From positions 1-49,909 of the IMG/VR virus record IMGVR_UViG_3300028837_003833: a DNA stretch of 49,909 nucleotides. One strand, written 5' to 3'. This document shows, piece after piece, positions 46,727-49,909 of the stretch; the first letter of the stretch is position 1, and each line of letters opens with the position of its first letter. The position numbers and the translations under genes were made by a program. The notes beneath the pieces are model-generated. The model had not been told where the DNA came from. It was given only the letters and a program-made list of their open reading frames with translations, and ran no database searches. The stretch comes from a virus.

Positions 46727-47383
46727 TTACAGTGTATTAAGATAACCTGCTTTACCTCTACCTTCGGTATAAAAAGGTATAGGGCTCTTTGTTTTAGACC
46801 ACACCCTAAATTCATCAATCTTCATAGTGCTATCCGGTAAAATATCGGTTTTAGATTCAGTAACTGAAAGAGGATTATTATTATCAAAAACTATTACTCT
46901 AAGTTCTTTTATATAATAAGAAAAACCACCAGCCCACATTTTATGTGAACTTCTGTCAAAATTAACAAACATCCATTTATTAATCTCTGCGACCTTTTCT
47001 CTCGATCTAAATATTTTAGTATTATCCTCAAACACTAAAAAAAGATCTTGATCAAAATAAAATCTCCAGTATTGACCAGAGTCCCTATCAAATGATTGAG
47101 CTATAATAAAATTCGTAACCGGTTTATAAATATCAATAGTTATAAAATCTTCTTTCTTTACGGTAAATTGTTCAGAGTCCGTCTGAGCTATTAAAATTAC
47201 CTTATACTTACCCGGATAATAGTATGTATGATGAATAGAAGCAAGACCCTCTCCCTCAACTACAACACCATCTCCAAAAATCCATTTTCTATTTATAACG
47301 ATCAAATCCGTAGGATCATTGAACGTAGTAGTAAGATAACCCAATCCGATTCTCTCCGTTGCTGTTATATCTGGTTGTGCCAT
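46727..47383 (-). CDS. PKD + LamG-like domain protein (218 aa)
   Basis: KWIFGDG...HHTYYYPGKYKV; C-terminal NKWMFV...KIDEFRVWS resembles concanavalin/LamG. Confidence 0.7.
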   Translation of the reverse strand: MAQPDITATERIGLGYLTTTFNDPTDLIVINRKWIFGDGVVVEGEGLASIHHTYYYPGKYKVILIAQTDSEQFTVKKEDFITIDIYKPVTNFIIAQSFDRDSGQYWRFYFDQDLFLVFEDNTKIFRSREKVAEINKWMFVNFDRSSHKMWAGGFSYYIKELRVIVFDNNNPLSVTESKTDILPDSTMKIDEFRVWSKTKSPIPFYTEGRGKAGYLNTL

Positions 47384-47388
47384 AATAT

Positions 47389-48573
47389 TTATACTACCGT
47401 TATTTGTTCAGTTCTAGTACTCGATCCCGCCTGATTAGTCGCTGTCAAACTTATGACATAAACTCCCGTCTCTCCAAAAGGATAAACAAAAATCCCTTTA
47501 TCAAAAATATTTCCCTCAATATTCCAAACAGTACTATCGGGATAATATAATGAGGTATTTATGAATCTTACCGGATACGAACCTATTCCAATCTCCTGTT
47601 CATAAATGAAATCTGCTATAGGAGGTTGATTAACATTAATCCATGACTGTATTGTTCCAGTAAAACCTAAGTAACTATCATTTGTATACCCAGATCTTCC
47701 TCCATTATACGTAACATTATGACAGTTATCTATAATACCTTCTTCACTTGTATGGTCTGATTGATCAAGATCAATCATATATATAACCATCCCGGTGTAC
47801 CCTGAAATACCAGTATACCCGAAAATACCTGTGTACTCTGGACCTATACCTGTATATGCTGGAACACCCGTATATCCCGGAACTTCATAGACAAGACCTG
47901 TTACCCAAGCTCCTGTAGATCCCCATAAGAGATCTCTTTCATAAGGAGAGTAATCAGTAACTACATCTTCATCACATTTAAATTTCAAATACATAAGAAG
48001 ATCTAGATCAAGATATACCCCAGTCTCTCCTTGAGGTCCTGTATACCCTTGAGGACCAATACCAGTATCACCATGAGCACCCGTAATCCCCATAGTCCCA
48101 AACATACCTGTAATACCTTGAAGACCTGTATACCCTATAAAACCTGTCTCTCCTACTTCCCCTTTAGCTCCTCTATCTCCCTGTGTAAAATTTTTAGTGA
48201 CTGCAAAGGTCGACATATTGGAGTAAAGATTAATATTTTTTACTTCAAAACTTGATAGAGATTGTTGAAGGATAAATTGCCCGATAGGGATAGCATTAGC
48301 TATTGCTGTACTATCATAAGATGCTAAGTAGTTCTCTGATTTCTTTACAGTATCAAAAAGAAATATACCTTCATCTATTAAGTAATAAACATTTACAACA
48401 GCATAATATCTTTTTTCTGTAGGAAGAGTAAAAAAAGTCTGTTGTCTTAGAGGTATAACAAGATTAGAAAGAGATACTATCTTATTATTATATAAAAGAG
48501 TGCCTATATTTACAACATAGTCTATTGAACCATCGAGATTTTTACGCTCGAAGATATTATTTGCATTATCCAT
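47389..48573 (-). CDS. Collagen-like repeat + PKD protein (394 aa)
   Basis: About 18 near-continuous G-X-Y triplets (GDRGAKGEVGETG...), xYTG repeats, C-terminal PKD (PIADF...FINTS...ISLTATNQAGS). Confidence 0.82.
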   Translation of the reverse strand: MDNANNIFERKNLDGSIDYVVNIGTLLYNNKIVSLSNLVIPLRQQTFFTLPTEKRYYAVVNVYYLIDEGIFLFDTVKKSENYLASYDSTAIANAIPIGQFILQQSLSSFEVKNINLYSNMSTFAVTKNFTQGDRGAKGEVGETGFIGYTGLQGITGMFGTMGITGAHGDTGIGPQGYTGPQGETGVYLDLDLLMYLKFKCDEDVVTDYSPYERDLLWGSTGAWVTGLVYEVPGYTGVPAYTGIGPEYTGIFGYTGISGYTGMVIYMIDLDQSDHTSEEGIIDNCHNVTYNGGRSGYTNDSYLGFTGTIQSWINVNQPPIADFIYEQEIGIGSYPVRFINTSLYYPDSTVWNIEGNIFDKGIFVYPFGETGVYVISLTATNQAGSSTRTEQITVV

Positions 48574-48579
48574 ATGATC

Positions 48580-49909
48580 TTATTTCCGAACAAGAGGCTT
48601 ATTAATTAATCGATACAACGATATCGATGTATCCGCATCTTCTGTATATCTAGGCTGATATTCCGTTCCTGTATCATCATAATATCCCGTTTTATTTTCA
48701 CTTCTTGCTCTATATGTCTTACTAAAAATTACCATAATCAGCTCACCTCTTAAAAAAGGATAAATCATATTAGATCGTACTCTAGCAAGAAAAGGTATAA
48801 AAACTTTTCTTGGTGTAGATATAGTAAGATCTTCACAATGAGATATAACATCTAAAGAGCATTTCTGATAAAAAGGCCTACCAAGTTTATCTCCTATGTT
48901 ATTAGGCATTGAAAGAACTAAATCCTCACCTATATATTGAGATACAATAGCTGGTAATTTAACAAAACCAGTGTCTATCCTAAAATTAGCGAAATCAAGA
49001 TCATCTACATTAGAGAAGAAGTTATCATTAAAGACCTCTTTTGAATTAACCGGGATATGCTCCGCAGGAATCGCATAAGGTTCTCCAACTATAACATCAC
49101 TTGATCCCGTACCTAAATTAGTTATATAAACAAAATCTGAGTTTTTCAAGATCTCAATCTTCATCTCACTAGGTAAATTAGCCACAGGTTGATAAGGAAT
49201 ATACTTATAAAAAACAGATGAAACAGAAGCTTCATCAAGATCAGTTAAATTAGACTGCTTTACTAGTAATGGTACTATAATGGTACCCGAAGTAATAGTT
49301 TTTCTTTCATCGAACGTTATTACAATACTGGAAGTTCCTAAACCCTCAACACTAGCAATAGGTACCATAGTAAAATAATTTGTCTCATTCGACTTATACC
49401 AAGCATACTGTTGTAACGGATTATCCCTTACATCACAGGAAGCTATCCCTAAAATGATCCCATTACTCAGCCCACTAGTATTAGGTCTATCACTTAAATC
49501 AATAGGAATCGTTGTACCGAGACCCTCCGTAATCTGATAAAGAACTCCGGTATACATACCCGCTACTGATCTGGAAGCAATATTAAAATTAGAAGTAAAT
49601 GAGGTCCTAAGAGCATCCTGATTTTCACCACGAGATTTAACAGTTATTCCTACATCATCCATTGTTTCCGCAACAGCATCAGCAGTAACTACCGCTTCAA
49701 GGGTCACCTCTACTATAGAATTACCCGGGATCGTAAACGCTGGATCGAGATACACAATAATATTACTAAGATCTGAACCTTCACGGTCTCTCATAGTTTC
49801 ATTATCTTGATAATTGATACCTATCTTGTATATAGAACCATTCACATTCTTAACCGATCGAGCTCCATAAATAGCATATCCATTAAGATTTTTAGGTATA
49901 AGCAATTGA
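48580..49909 (-). CDS. Large structural protein, C-terminal part (starts outside the window); paralog of the 1083-aa protein
   Basis: FYKYIPYQ...ITNLGTG and terminal LYRLINKPLVRK parallel YYKTIPYQ...ITTSGSG and IFEIVGRPIIRG of 29189..32440. Confidence 0.75.
   Translation of the reverse strand, partial: QLLIPKNLNGYAIYGARSVKNVNGSIYKIGINYQDNETMRDREGSDLSNIIVYLDPAFTIPGNSIVEVTLEAVVTADAVAETMDDVGITVKSRGENQDALRTSFTSNFNIASRSVAGMYTGVLYQITEGLGTTIPIDLSDRPNTSGLSNGIILGIASCDVRDNPLQQYAWYKSNETNYFTMVPIASVEGLGTSSIVITFDERKTITSGTIIVPLLVKQSNLTDLDEASVSSVFYKYIPYQPVANLPSEMKIEILKNSDFVYITNLGTGSSDVIVGEPYAIPAEHIPVNSKEVFNDNFFSNVDDLDFANFRIDTGFVKLPAIVSQYIGEDLVLSMPNNIGDKLGRPFYQKCSLDVISHCEDLTISTPRKVFIPFLARVRSNMIYPFLRGELIMVIFSKTYRARSENKTGYYDDTGTEYQPRYTEDADTSISLYRLINKPLVRK

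Noticed and set aside
646-48255. All plus-strand ORFs and short nested minus-strand ORFs in the track (e.g. 646..1008, 3764..3952, 6325..6684, 9049..9513, 16079..16498, 22440..22925, 37808..38107)
   Set aside because: They are antisense or out-of-frame shadows of long motif-bearing genes or of the RNA array, with no RBS or recognisable motifs.
40118-48573. Archaeal or cellular S-layer gene cluster
   Set aside because: The context is phage baseplate genes with sigma70-type promoters, LigA, PolA and DnaB, and the proteins lack evident signal peptides.
1-49909. Stop-codon reassignment (code 15 or 4) as seen in some large phages
   Set aside because: Genes are long and tightly packed under code 11, and both TAG (e.g. 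610, 13460) and TGA (e.g. 274, 9845) end genes at sensible boundaries.

Overview
AT-rich (roughly 30% GC by eye) segment of a large tailed bacteriophage, probably a jumbo phage. Every credible gene is on the minus strand and the standard genetic code is used (TAA, TAG and TGA all terminate long ORFs). In transcription order (right to left): (i) 28-49.9 kb virion/baseplate genes, including seven consecutive PKD-domain genes and collagen-like G-X-T proteins; (ii) 9.8-27.7 kb replication module: SNF2 helicase with 2 inteins, degenerate helicase loader, DnaB-like helicase, stand-alone CHC2 zinc finger, family A DNA polymerase with 2 inteins, sigma-like factor, SLOG/DprA-like protein, NAD-dependent ligase, ParB-like protein; (iii) 0-9.7 kb accessory region. 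The most striking feature is at 3876-4612: an array of four clear and one degenerate structured RNA units, with a candidate promoter and its own terminator. The units share a bipartite scaffold (covarying closing stem plus conserved inner helix) but carry different inserts: a full tRNA-Cys, a tRNA-Gln with an eroded acceptor stem, a tRNA-Ile with no acceptor stem, and two non-tRNA hairpin modules. The array lies just upstream of a ubiquitin-like gene, a Ro60/TROVE-like vWA gene and a conserved partner gene. I infer a phage Ro60 / Y-RNA-like array system. All family assignments come from motif recognition by eye, not database searches.
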